Source: Cyanobacteriota bacterium (lineage in GTDB: Bacteria > Cyanobacteriota > Cyanobacteriia > Cyanobacteriales > Nostocaceae). From it: a stretch of DNA of 64,000 nucleotides. The stretch spans positions 1 to 64,000 of the forward strand of contig JBJOKS010000002.1 in NCBI GenBank assembly GCA_046045965.1. The letters are read 5' to 3'. A program made the position numbers and the translations under genes. This document shows positions 40,801 to 49,344 of this stretch, one piece after another; position 1 is the first letter of the stretch; each line of letters starts with the position of its first letter. Below the pieces are notes generated by a model that was given only the letters and a program-made list of their open reading frames with translations, was not told the origin of the DNA and did no database searches.

Positions 40801-42481
40801 TTTACAAGCTGTTTTTGCTACATCACGCAATCCAACAGAAGAAATTTTAGTGCAAATATGGTCTGAAGTTCTCCGGTTAGACAATGTGGGAATTAACGAT
40901 AACTTTTTTGAGTTAGGTGGAGATTCAATTCTCAGTCTACAGGTGATTGCTAAAGCTAATCAGGCTGGTTTACAACTAACTCCTAAACAGATTTTTGAAT
41001 ATCAAACAATTGCCGATTTAGCATTAGTAGCAAGTACAAATACAAAAATTGCCACTGAACAAGGCATTGTTACAGGTTATCTCCCCTTAACTCCTATTCA
41101 ACATTGGTTTTTTGATCAAGAACTGCTTGATTCTCATCATTGGAATCAGTCAGTAATGTTAGAGGTTGATCACACTTGTAACCATATTTTATTAGAGCAG
41201 GTGGTAAAACAATTAATTCTGCATCATGATGCTTTACGCTTGCAGTTTGTGAGAACAGAATTTAGTTGGAAATCAATAATTAGTGAACCTGAAACCATAA
41301 CACCTTTTTCTATCATTGATTTATCACACCTACCTAAAAATGAGCATCAACAAACAATAGAGATTGAAGCTAATTCACTACAAGCTGGTCTTGACTTATC
41401 CCAGGGTAAAATAGTTCAGGTTGCTTTATTTAAACTGGGTGAAAGTCAACCTCATAGATTGTTAATTATCATTCACCATTTAGCAATTGATGGAGTTTCC
41501 TGGCGAATTTTACTTGAAGACCTGCAAACAGCTTACCAACAACTTGTTCAGGGTGAAAAAATCCAATTACCTGCTAAAACAACTTCAGTCAAACAGTGGG
41601 CGGAAAAATTGCAAGAATATGCTAACTCAGAAACTGTAAAATCAGAAATTAATTACTGGTTATATCAGCATAATCAAAATATTTCTCCTTTACCTGTTGA
41701 CTATTCTCATGGAGAAAATACTGTAGATTTAGCTTGTACAGTTTCAGTTACTCTCACCCAGGAAGAAACAACATCTTTATTACATGAAGTCCCTGTAACT
41801 TATCAAACACAAATTAATGATATTTTGTTAACTGCCCTGGTACAAACTTTTCAACAATGGACTGGTAACAGTTCACTGTTAGTAAATTTGGAAGGTCATG
41901 GACGAGAAGATATCCTAGAAAATGTTGACTTATCCCGTACTGTTGGCTGGTTTACTACCATCTTCCCAGTTTTATTGGATATCACAGCAGTTTTTGAACC
42001 AGGAATAGCATTAAAAACAGTTAAAGAACAATTGCGTAGTATTCCCCACAAAGGTATTAATTATGGAGTTTTGCGTTATCTCAGTGAAAAGTCAATTACT
42101 GAACAATTGCAAGCTTTACCCCAAGCAGAAATAACATTTAACTACTTGGGTCAATTTGACCAAATAATTTCTCAAACATCAACATTTAAACCTGCGGTTG
42201 AGTCTACAGGAAATAATCAAAGTCCAAGGGGCAAGCGTAACATTTTGCTAGAAATTAATAGCTTAATTGTAGGTGGACAGTTGCGGCTGAATTGGACTTA
42301 TAACAAAGCATTACATCAACCAGAAACAGTAGAAAAACTGGCGCAGGAATATCTTAAAAAATTGCGATCGCTCATTTTTCATTGTCTGTCACCTAACGCT
42401 GGTGGCTTTACACCCTCAGACTTTCCACAAATGAATTTTAGTCAAGCAGAACTTGACCAATTACTTACCGAACTTGATTAA
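37808..42481 (+). CDS. NRPS C(LCL)-A(Gln-like)-T-E
   Basis: MHHIVSDGWS; A code read as DAWQFGLIDK (Gln type); PCP LGGDSI; E HHLAIDGVSW, EGHGRE; TPSDF tail. Confidence 0.9.
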   Translation: MDLSAEKRDLLALLLEEEDIEYTPVQTISPRKNTDKLELSFAQKRLWILNQLEPGNPFYNIPAALKLTGKLDVDALELSFNEIIQRHEVLRTKFNVVDGQPILEIVPQQTIILPIVDLREIALTEREAKVQNLADTEFRKPFNLASEPLLRSTLLKLDKAEYILLLTMHHIVSDGWSTDILVREVAALYECFTQGKPSPLPQLTIQYTDYAIWQRKWLQGEVLETQLNYWKQKLAGNLPILELPTDRPRPKIKTYQGAKQYFQLSPELSQALKTLSQKQDCTLFMTLLAAFKVLLYRYTGLEDIIIGSPIANRNRAEIESLIGFFVNTLVLRTDLSEHPTFVDLLNRVRETTLSAYAHQDLPFDVLVEELQPQRNLSHTPLFQVMFVLQNAPISAVELSGLTVEPLTSEGGNAKFDLTLLAEETDSGIRVGWEYNTNLFNAETITRIGNNFQTLLEGIVANPQHKITELPLLTPKEQHQLLIDWNNNQLEYDLDKCIHQLFAEQVERTPDAVAVVFENQQLTYRELNHQANQLACYLQKIGVKPDILVGICVERSLEMVVGLLGILKAGGAYLPLDPNYPQERLEFMVKDADISVLLTQKKLVNLLPQHQTEIVCLDSYEVINSDPLCVLASLSEVHPDNLAYLIYTSGSTGKPKGVMISHRALCNHTLWMQSEFPVTESDKVMQKTPFSFDASVWEFYAPLVTGGKLILAKPDGHKDTTYLVDLIAKENITILQLVPSLLRVLLEEKNLKNCQSLRRVFCGGEVLSVDLQNKLFQILPDVELCNLYGPTEGTIDTTYYKCKYEDKLSIVPIGRAITNTQVYLLDRHLQPVPIGVPGEIYIGGAGLAKGYLNRPDLTAEKFISNPFLTGTKLYKTGDLARYLADGNIEFIERIDGQVKLRGFRIELGEIETQLNQHLQVKQTVVLVREDIPGEKRLVAYIVPNQKHSPTVSELRNFLKQNLPDYMIPTVFILLDNLPFLPNGKIDRKALPAPDNARPDLQAVFATSRNPTEEILVQIWSEVLRLDNVGINDNFFELGGDSILSLQVIAKANQAGLQLTPKQIFEYQTIADLALVASTNTKIATEQGIVTGYLPLTPIQHWFFDQELLDSHHWNQSVMLEVDHTCNHILLEQVVKQLILHHDALRLQFVRTEFSWKSIISEPETITPFSIIDLSHLPKNEHQQTIEIEANSLQAGLDLSQGKIVQVALFKLGESQPHRLLIIIHHLAIDGVSWRILLEDLQTAYQQLVQGEKIQLPAKTTSVKQWAEKLQEYANSETVKSEINYWLYQHNQNISPLPVDYSHGENTVDLACTVSVTLTQEETTSLLHEVPVTYQTQINDILLTALVQTFQQWTGNSSLLVNLEGHGREDILENVDLSRTVGWFTTIFPVLLDITAVFEPGIALKTVKEQLRSIPHKGINYGVLRYLSEKSITEQLQALPQAEITFNYLGQFDQIISQTSTFKPAVESTGNNQSPRGKRNILLEINSLIVGGQLRLNWTYNKALHQPETVEKLAQEYLKKLRSLIFHCLSPNAGGFTPSDFPQMNFSQAELDQLLTELD

Positions 42482-42498
42482 ATAAAAGGTAACTATTC

Positions 42499-45400
42499 AT
42501 GAATAAAAAAAATATTGAAAATATTTATCCTCTTTCGCCTACCCAACAAGGCATACTTTTTCATACTCTCCGCGCACCAGAATCAGGAGTTTATGTAGTT
42601 CAAAGCTGTTACACATTTAGCCAATCTATTAACATCGCTGCTTTTAAACAAGCTTGGCAACAAGTCATCAATCAGCACCCAATTCTCCGCACTTCTTTTC
42701 ACTGGAAACAGCACAAAGAACCGTTTCAAGTAGTACATAAATCTGTAGAATTACCTTGGCATCAACAGGACTGGCAAAACTTATCTGTCACTGCACAGCC
42801 AGAAAAATTAACAGCATTCTTAGCAGCAGATCGCCAACAAGGATTTGATATTTCTCAACCATCTTTAATGCGGTTGATATTGATTCAAATAGCCCCAGAA
42901 ACTTACCATTTTATTTGGAGTAGCCATCATTTAATTTTAGATGGGTGGTCTACAGCTTTGGTACTAAATCAGGTTTTTCAAGCTTACGAAGCATTATGTA
43001 AAGGACAAGTTTTTCCATTACCACATTCTCGTCCATATCAAGATTATATTGCTTGGTTACAACAGCAAAATTTAGCGAAAGCAGAAGAATTTTGGCGGAA
43101 ACACCTCAAAGGTTTTACTGCACCGACTCAACTAAAAGTTAATACTTTTGCTAATTCAATTACAGGATGTGGGGAAAAATCAATTAAGCTATCATCAGCA
43201 ACAACCACAGCATTACAATCATTTGCACGCCAACAAAAATTAACCTTAAATACTTTAATTCAAGGAACTTGGGCTATCCTTCTCAGTCGTTATAGTGGTG
43301 AAAAAGATATTGTTTTTGGATCTACTTCTGCTGGTCGTCCACCTAAGTTAATTGGTTCAGAATCAATGGTAGGTTTATTTATTAACACCTTACCAGTGCG
43401 TGTACAAATATCTGGAAACGAATTATTAATTCCCTGGTTGCAAAAACTTCAGGCGCAACAAATAGAAGCCCAGCAATATGAATATAGTCCTCTAGTTCAA
43501 GTCCAAGGATGGAGTGAAGTTCCGAGAGATTTGCCTTTATTTGAAACAATTTTAGTATTTGAAAACTACCCTGTAGATGCTGCCTTAAAAGCAAAAGCTA
43601 CAGAGATGCAAATCCATGATATTCGGTCTGCGGAATCAACAAATTATTCCCTTACTCTCTCAGTAGGGACAAGTACAGAATTAAAGTTAGAGATTTTATA
43701 TGATCGTAGTCGTTTTCATGCAGAAACTATAACTAGCATTTTAGGACATCTGCAAACATTATTGGAGGGTATTGTTGCCAATCCTCACCAATCTCTATCT
43801 TCATTACCTTTATTGACATCAGCCGAAATACATCAACAATTGGTGGAATGGAATAATACCCAAAGCAGCTATCCTCAAAATAAGTGTATCCATCAATTAT
43901 TTGAGAAACAGGTAGAAAAAACACCAGATGCAGTAGCGGTGGTGTTTAAAAATGACCAAATCACCTATCAACAACTCAACCAAAAAGCGAATCAACTAGC
44001 ACATTTTTTACAAAAATTGGGTGTAAAACCAGAAATACCAGTTGCCATTTGTATGGAACGTTCCCTGGAAATGGTAATTGGTGTATTAGGAATATTAAAA
44101 GCAGGTGGTGCTTATGTTCCCCTTGATCCTGCTTATCCAAAAGAAAGATTGAAATATATGTTTACCGATGCGGCAATATCGGTAATGCTCACTCAAAATA
44201 AATTATTAGCAAAATTGAGTGAATATCAAGAAAAAATTATTTGTTTAGATACTGACTGGGAGAATATTTCTCAAGAAAGTCAAGCAAATCCCTCAATTAA
44301 TATACAAGCTAATAACTTAGCTTATATCATTTACACTTCTGGTTCTACAGGAAAACCAAAAGGAGTAATGATTGAACATCAATCGTTAATAAATTTTACC
44401 GAAGCTGCCAAAGTTAAATACCAAATTCAACCGGGAGAAAGAATCTTACAATTTGCATCCATTAGTTTTGATGCTGCTGTTGAAGAAATTTATCCTTGTT
44501 TAACATCTGGTGCAACATTGGTACTGCGTACAGATGAAATGCTGACTTCTCTGGCTAAATTTATGGAAAACTGCCGCAATTGGCAAATTACAGTTTTGGA
44601 TTTACCTACAGCATACTGGCATTTAATAGTTTCCGAATTAGCAAATCACAACTTAACTTTACCAGAGTCATTAAGATTAGTCATTATTGGTGGAGAAAGC
44701 GCAATTCCTGAAAAAGTTGCAATTTGGCAACAGCAAGTAGGTACTTATCCTCAGTTAATTAATACCTATGGTCCAACAGAAACAACCGTAGTTGCCACCT
44801 ATTGTAATTTAACTACAACACAAATAAATGGGCAAGAAGTACCAATTGGTTGCCCTATTAATAATGTTCAAATATATCTCTTAGACCAGGACTTACAACC
44901 CTTACCTGTGGGTATACCTGGTGAAATCTACATTGGTGGTGCAGGTTTAGCAAGGGGTTATTTACACCGTCCTGAATTAACAGATGAAAAGTTTACACCC
45001 AATCCTTTTTTACCTGATGCTAAACTATATAAAACAGGAGATTTAGCTCGTTATCTTCCCAACGGTAATATTCAATTTATTGGACGTATTGATACTCAAA
45101 TAAAACTGCGCGGTTTTCGGATTGAACTAGGAGAAATTGAATCTGTTTTAATTCAACATCCAAATATTCAAGAAGCAGTAGTTACAGCGAGACAAAATAC
45201 CTTAGTAGGCTACATAGTTGCTGATTCTCAAAATATACCCAGCAGCAGCGACATTCAAAACTTCCTCAAAGAAAAGTTGCCAGAATATATGATTCCTAAT
45301 GGATTTATATTCTTAGAAAATCTGCCACTAACAACTAATGGCAAAATTGACCATCAAGCCTTACCCGCAGCAGATACGTCTATAACAGAAAGGAAAAAGC

Positions 45401-46878
45401 TATTTAAAGAAGCACGAACTTCCTTAGAGAAGGAATTGCTAACAATCTGGCGGGAAATTTTGCATCGTCCCCAAATTAGCATTGATGAAAACTTTTTCGA
45501 TTTAGGTGGACATTCTTTATTAATAGTTCAGTTATTTGCCCGTATCCGTTCTGCTTTCCAAATAGATTTACCCCTACAGACTTTGTTTGAAGCACCAACT
45601 ATAGAAACTCTTGCAGCACAATTAGAAATAGCCCGTCAAGCTAAATTATCCTCAACAATTACTCTTACTAATTCTACCTTAGACCTCAAAACTGAAGCAG
45701 TTCTTGATCCCACAATTACAGTTGAGGGTAAATCAATTGAATATACAAATGAACCAACTTGTATATTTATCACAGGTGCAACAGGTTTCGTAGGTGCTTT
45801 TTTACTCGACGAACTTCTCAATCAAAGTCAAGCTGAAATTTATTGCTTGGTACGTGCTAATAATTTTGCAGAAGGTAAGCAAAAAATTTATCAAGCTTTA
45901 ACAGCATATTCAATTGGGAATGAATCACAAATTTCTCGAATTGTTCCAGTTTTAGGAGATTTATCTCAACCGCTTTTAGGTCTTTCCCCAGCACAGTTTA
46001 CAGCACTAGCTCAAAAAATAGATGTTATTTACCATAATGGTGCATGGGTACATCATACTTATCCATACTCCACACTCAAAACCGCTAATGTTTTAGGTAC
46101 GCAAGAAGTTTTAAGATTAGCTAGTGAAATTAAAATTAAACCTGTACATTTCATTTCGACTATTAGCGTTTTTTCTGCACCTATAGGTTCTGGAGTACAT
46201 CTAGTTCAAGAACAGTCTAACCTTGATGATTTTCCCATACCAGAAGGTGGTTATACCCAAAGTAAATGGGTTGCAGAACAGCTAATTAATATTGCAAGTA
46301 AACGTGGCTTACCAGTTTCTATTTATAGATTAGGGAGGGTATCAGGACATAGCAGAACAGGTGTATTTAATCCTAATGACTTTTTTTATCGCTTACTTAT
46401 TGGCTGCATTCAATTAGGAAAAGTCCCTAATGTAGACTATTTAGAAAATCTCGCTCCTGTAGATTATGTCAGCAAAGCAATAGTCAATTTATCCCAAAAA
46501 CAACAATCTTTAGGAAAAGCTTTTCACTTACTCAATTCTCATTATCTCGATTTAAATATGCTATTCAATAGCATTCGTGAATTTGGTTATCCAATACAAG
46601 CAATTTCTCAAGCACAGTGGTATGAAGAATTAGTAAAAATAGCAGAAAATTATCCAGACCATCCTTTATATCCATTGATACCATTTTTCATGCACTCTCA
46701 TCAAACTAAAAACTTAAAAGTATTAAAATTTGATTGTGAGCAAACATTAAATTCACTGGCTAACAGTTCCATTTTTTGTCCAAAAATAGATGGAAACCTC
46801 TGCAAAACTTATATCTCACACTTGATTAGTAGTGGTTTAGTCCAAAAACCACAAAAACTGCAAATTTCTGTAAATTAA
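42499..46878 (+). CDS. Terminal NRPS C(DCL)-A(Lys/Arg-like)-T-R (thioester reductase)
   Basis: WSSHHLILDGWS; A code read as DAEDIGTVVK (basic residue); R domain ITGATGFVG and YTQSK; no TE. Confidence 0.9.
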   Translation: MNKKNIENIYPLSPTQQGILFHTLRAPESGVYVVQSCYTFSQSINIAAFKQAWQQVINQHPILRTSFHWKQHKEPFQVVHKSVELPWHQQDWQNLSVTAQPEKLTAFLAADRQQGFDISQPSLMRLILIQIAPETYHFIWSSHHLILDGWSTALVLNQVFQAYEALCKGQVFPLPHSRPYQDYIAWLQQQNLAKAEEFWRKHLKGFTAPTQLKVNTFANSITGCGEKSIKLSSATTTALQSFARQQKLTLNTLIQGTWAILLSRYSGEKDIVFGSTSAGRPPKLIGSESMVGLFINTLPVRVQISGNELLIPWLQKLQAQQIEAQQYEYSPLVQVQGWSEVPRDLPLFETILVFENYPVDAALKAKATEMQIHDIRSAESTNYSLTLSVGTSTELKLEILYDRSRFHAETITSILGHLQTLLEGIVANPHQSLSSLPLLTSAEIHQQLVEWNNTQSSYPQNKCIHQLFEKQVEKTPDAVAVVFKNDQITYQQLNQKANQLAHFLQKLGVKPEIPVAICMERSLEMVIGVLGILKAGGAYVPLDPAYPKERLKYMFTDAAISVMLTQNKLLAKLSEYQEKIICLDTDWENISQESQANPSINIQANNLAYIIYTSGSTGKPKGVMIEHQSLINFTEAAKVKYQIQPGERILQFASISFDAAVEEIYPCLTSGATLVLRTDEMLTSLAKFMENCRNWQITVLDLPTAYWHLIVSELANHNLTLPESLRLVIIGGESAIPEKVAIWQQQVGTYPQLINTYGPTETTVVATYCNLTTTQINGQEVPIGCPINNVQIYLLDQDLQPLPVGIPGEIYIGGAGLARGYLHRPELTDEKFTPNPFLPDAKLYKTGDLARYLPNGNIQFIGRIDTQIKLRGFRIELGEIESVLIQHPNIQEAVVTARQNTLVGYIVADSQNIPSSSDIQNFLKEKLPEYMIPNGFIFLENLPLTTNGKIDHQALPAADTSITERKKLFKEARTSLEKELLTIWREILHRPQISIDENFFDLGGHSLLIVQLFARIRSAFQIDLPLQTLFEAPTIETLAAQLEIARQAKLSSTITLTNSTLDLKTEAVLDPTITVEGKSIEYTNEPTCIFITGATGFVGAFLLDELLNQSQAEIYCLVRANNFAEGKQKIYQALTAYSIGNESQISRIVPVLGDLSQPLLGLSPAQFTALAQKIDVIYHNGAWVHHTYPYSTLKTANVLGTQEVLRLASEIKIKPVHFISTISVFSAPIGSGVHLVQEQSNLDDFPIPEGGYTQSKWVAEQLINIASKRGLPVSIYRLGRVSGHSRTGVFNPNDFFYRLLIGCIQLGKVPNVDYLENLAPVDYVSKAIVNLSQKQQSLGKAFHLLNSHYLDLNMLFNSIREFGYPIQAISQAQWYEELVKIAENYPDHPLYPLIPFFMHSHQTKNLKVLKFDCEQTLNSLANSSIFCPKIDGNLCKTYISHLISSGLVQKPQKLQISVN

Positions 46879-46898
46879 TTCACATCCTCACAACTATC

Positions 46899-48323
46899 AT
46901 GAAGAAAAAATTTTTTAGCTTACAACAAACCTTATCTCCTACCGAGGTTGTACCTCAAAATACACCAGAAAGTTACTTGTCTCAATTCATTAAAAATTAT
47001 AATGCTAGGACAAAAACATCAAAACAAATTACACAAGACTATCGAGCTACTTTAGCTGATAGCCGCAATCCCTATGGGTTTAGTTTGCCTTTGAAAGAGC
47101 TTTGTTATCCCATTGTCGCGCAAAAATCTTTAGGTTCAAGAATTTGGGATGTTGACGGTAATGAATATATAGATTTGGTTATGGGATTAGGTATCAATCT
47201 TTTTGGACATAACCCACCTTTTATTAAACAAGCTTTACTTGAACAACTAGACCAAGGTATTCACATTGGACCACAAACAGAATTAGCTGGTGAAGTTGCG
47301 GAGTTAATCTCAGACCTGACAGGAATGGAAAGAGTAACTTTTAGTAATACAGGCACAGAAGCAGTAATGACAGCAATTCGTATTGCTAGAGCCGCAACAA
47401 AGCGTTATAAAATAGCCATCTTTTCTGGTTCATATCATGGTCATTCTGATGGAACTTTAGTAAAATTGCAAGAATTAGATGGAAAATTGCAAACAGTTCC
47501 TTTAACTTGTGGAGTTCCAAAAAGTATTGTTGAAAATGTGTTGATTTTGGATTATGGAAATCCTCAATCATTGGAAGTAATTAAAACTCATGGCAAAGAA
47601 TTAGCTGCTGTTTTAGTTGAACCTGTACAAGATGGTTGTCTCGATTTACAACCAAAAGAATTTCTGCATCAATTGCGGCAATTAACCACAGAGTTAGGTA
47701 TAGTTTTGATTTTCGATGAAATGATTACTGGGTTTAGAATTCATCCAGGTGGAGCGCAAGCATGGTTTGATGTTCAGGCAGATATAGCTACTTACGGAAA
47801 GATTGTTGGTGGAGGAATGCCAATTAGTGTGATTGCTGGTAAAGCTGTTTATATGGATAAAATTGATGGCGGTATGTGGAACTATGGAGATTCTTCTTTT
47901 CCCCAGGTAGAAACAACATTTTTTGCAGGTACATATTGTAAACATCCTTTATCTTTGGCAGCAGCAAAAGCTGTACTCAAGTATATGCAATCTCAAGGTT
48001 CTCAGTTGCAAACAAAATTGAATCAAAAAACAGCAGAGTTTGTAAAAACTTTAAATGATTATTTTGCAGTATTGGGTTTACCTATAAAAATGACACATTT
48101 TGGTTCTTTATTTGGTCCTGCTAGTTCTGGAGTGTCAGCCAGTTCCAATACAGATTCAGGAATAGGTTTAAGTTTATTAACCTATCATTTAATTCACAAA
48201 GGTATCTTGATTAGAGGTAGTAGCGGTTTTTTATCTACTGCTCATACCGATGAAGATATTAATTACATTATTCAAGCTGTTAAGGATAGTATCAGTGAAT
48301 TGGCTTCAGGAGGATTATTGTAA
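46899..48323 (+). CDS. Class III PLP aminotransferase (GSA-aminomutase-like, PKS/NRPS AMT type), stand-alone
   Basis: WDVDGNEYID, SNTGTEAV, LIFDEMITGFR and DIATYGKIVGGG (catalytic Lys). Confidence 0.9.
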   Translation: MKKKFFSLQQTLSPTEVVPQNTPESYLSQFIKNYNARTKTSKQITQDYRATLADSRNPYGFSLPLKELCYPIVAQKSLGSRIWDVDGNEYIDLVMGLGINLFGHNPPFIKQALLEQLDQGIHIGPQTELAGEVAELISDLTGMERVTFSNTGTEAVMTAIRIARAATKRYKIAIFSGSYHGHSDGTLVKLQELDGKLQTVPLTCGVPKSIVENVLILDYGNPQSLEVIKTHGKELAAVLVEPVQDGCLDLQPKEFLHQLRQLTTELGIVLIFDEMITGFRIHPGGAQAWFDVQADIATYGKIVGGGMPISVIAGKAVYMDKIDGGMWNYGDSSFPQVETTFFAGTYCKHPLSLAAAKAVLKYMQSQGSQLQTKLNQKTAEFVKTLNDYFAVLGLPIKMTHFGSLFGPASSGVSASSNTDSGIGLSLLTYHLIHKGILIRGSSGFLSTAHTDEDINYIIQAVKDSISELASGGLL

Positions 48324-48361
48324 TTGCAAAAATATTCTTGTGTAAAACTTTTGTATAAAAG

Positions 48362-49210
48362 TTGATGAATTTGGCAAAAAAATTATTTGAGGATACAAAA
48401 ATCATGAAAATAACGCCTACTGAACGCATTAATCAACCATCAACAACAGAATTTTGGAATGAGTTTGTAGTTCCAGACAAACCAGTAATTATCACTGGAG
48501 TTGCTAATGAGTGGAAAGCTTGTGAACAGTGGACACCAGAGACATTTAAATCCATGTTTGGAGATGTAATTGCTCCTTTAAGAGCAAGTGATGATGAAAT
48601 AGAGGTATTCTTTGGTGGTTTGGCAGAAAAAAAACTCATTTCTATAGCTGATTATATAGACAGTATTTTGTCGGCAACTCAAGATGGTGAGAAACGGTTA
48701 TATTTAGGTAATATTCCCTTTGATTCTCCTATAGCTAAAGCCCATCTTGACAAAATCAGACCGGATTTTGAATTTCCTAATTATTTTCCAGACAATACTG
48801 GTAATGATTTACGTCTCTGGATTGGAGGAGCTAATCAAAAATCAACTATTCACAACGACAATTATCATAATCTTAATGCACAGATATTTGGTGAAAAAAC
48901 ATTTTTATTGTTTGCCCCAGAAGAGTATCAAAAATTATATGCTACAAAGATGGATGATGAATTATGGTCAAGTCCTATAGACCCGCAAAAGCCGAATTTA
49001 TCAAAATATCCATTATTTGATGATGTTACTGGATTAGAAGCTGTACTTACTCCAGGAGATATACTTTTTATTCCTGCTTTTTGGTGGCATCAAGCACGGT
49101 CAATTACACCAGCTATTAACGTTAATATGTGGGTTTATACTCATAAAATATGTGAAATTTGGGAACAACATCCTGTTTTGAGCGGAAATATGGCTAATGT
49201 TGTTTCGTAA
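48362..49210 (+). CDS. JmjC/cupin-8 Fe(II)/2OG hydroxylase (FIH-like); start may be ATG 48404
   Basis: KPVIITG, LWIG, HxD (IHND) and distal His (PGDILFIPAFWWH). Confidence 0.88.
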   Translation: MMNLAKKLFEDTKIMKITPTERINQPSTTEFWNEFVVPDKPVIITGVANEWKACEQWTPETFKSMFGDVIAPLRASDDEIEVFFGGLAEKKLISIADYIDSILSATQDGEKRLYLGNIPFDSPIAKAHLDKIRPDFEFPNYFPDNTGNDLRLWIGGANQKSTIHNDNYHNLNAQIFGEKTFLLFAPEEYQKLYATKMDDELWSSPIDPQKPNLSKYPLFDDVTGLEAVLTPGDILFIPAFWWHQARSITPAINVNMWVYTHKICEIWEQHPVLSGNMANVVS

Positions 49211-49255
49211 AAGATAAACAACCAATAAATATCTCTGAAAAGTCCAAAAAATAAT

Positions 49256-49283
49256 GTAGAGGCGTTCCATGTACCGTCTCTAC
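49256..49283. repeat. REP-like palindrome GTAGAGGCG...CCGTCTCTAC
   Basis: Imperfect inverted repeat, same family as 3692-3721. Confidence 0.65.
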
Positions 49284-49344
49284 GAAGTTTATGGAAATCT
49301 CTCATTTATAGTATGGTTTTTGCTACTTAGACAGGAGCAATAAT

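Noticed and set aside
12922..46878. Identification as anachelin, cyanochelin, puwainaphycin or microginin cluster
   Set aside because: No salicylate/catechol genes or Cy domains, only one Asp module, no TE, and a different module order with R-domain release
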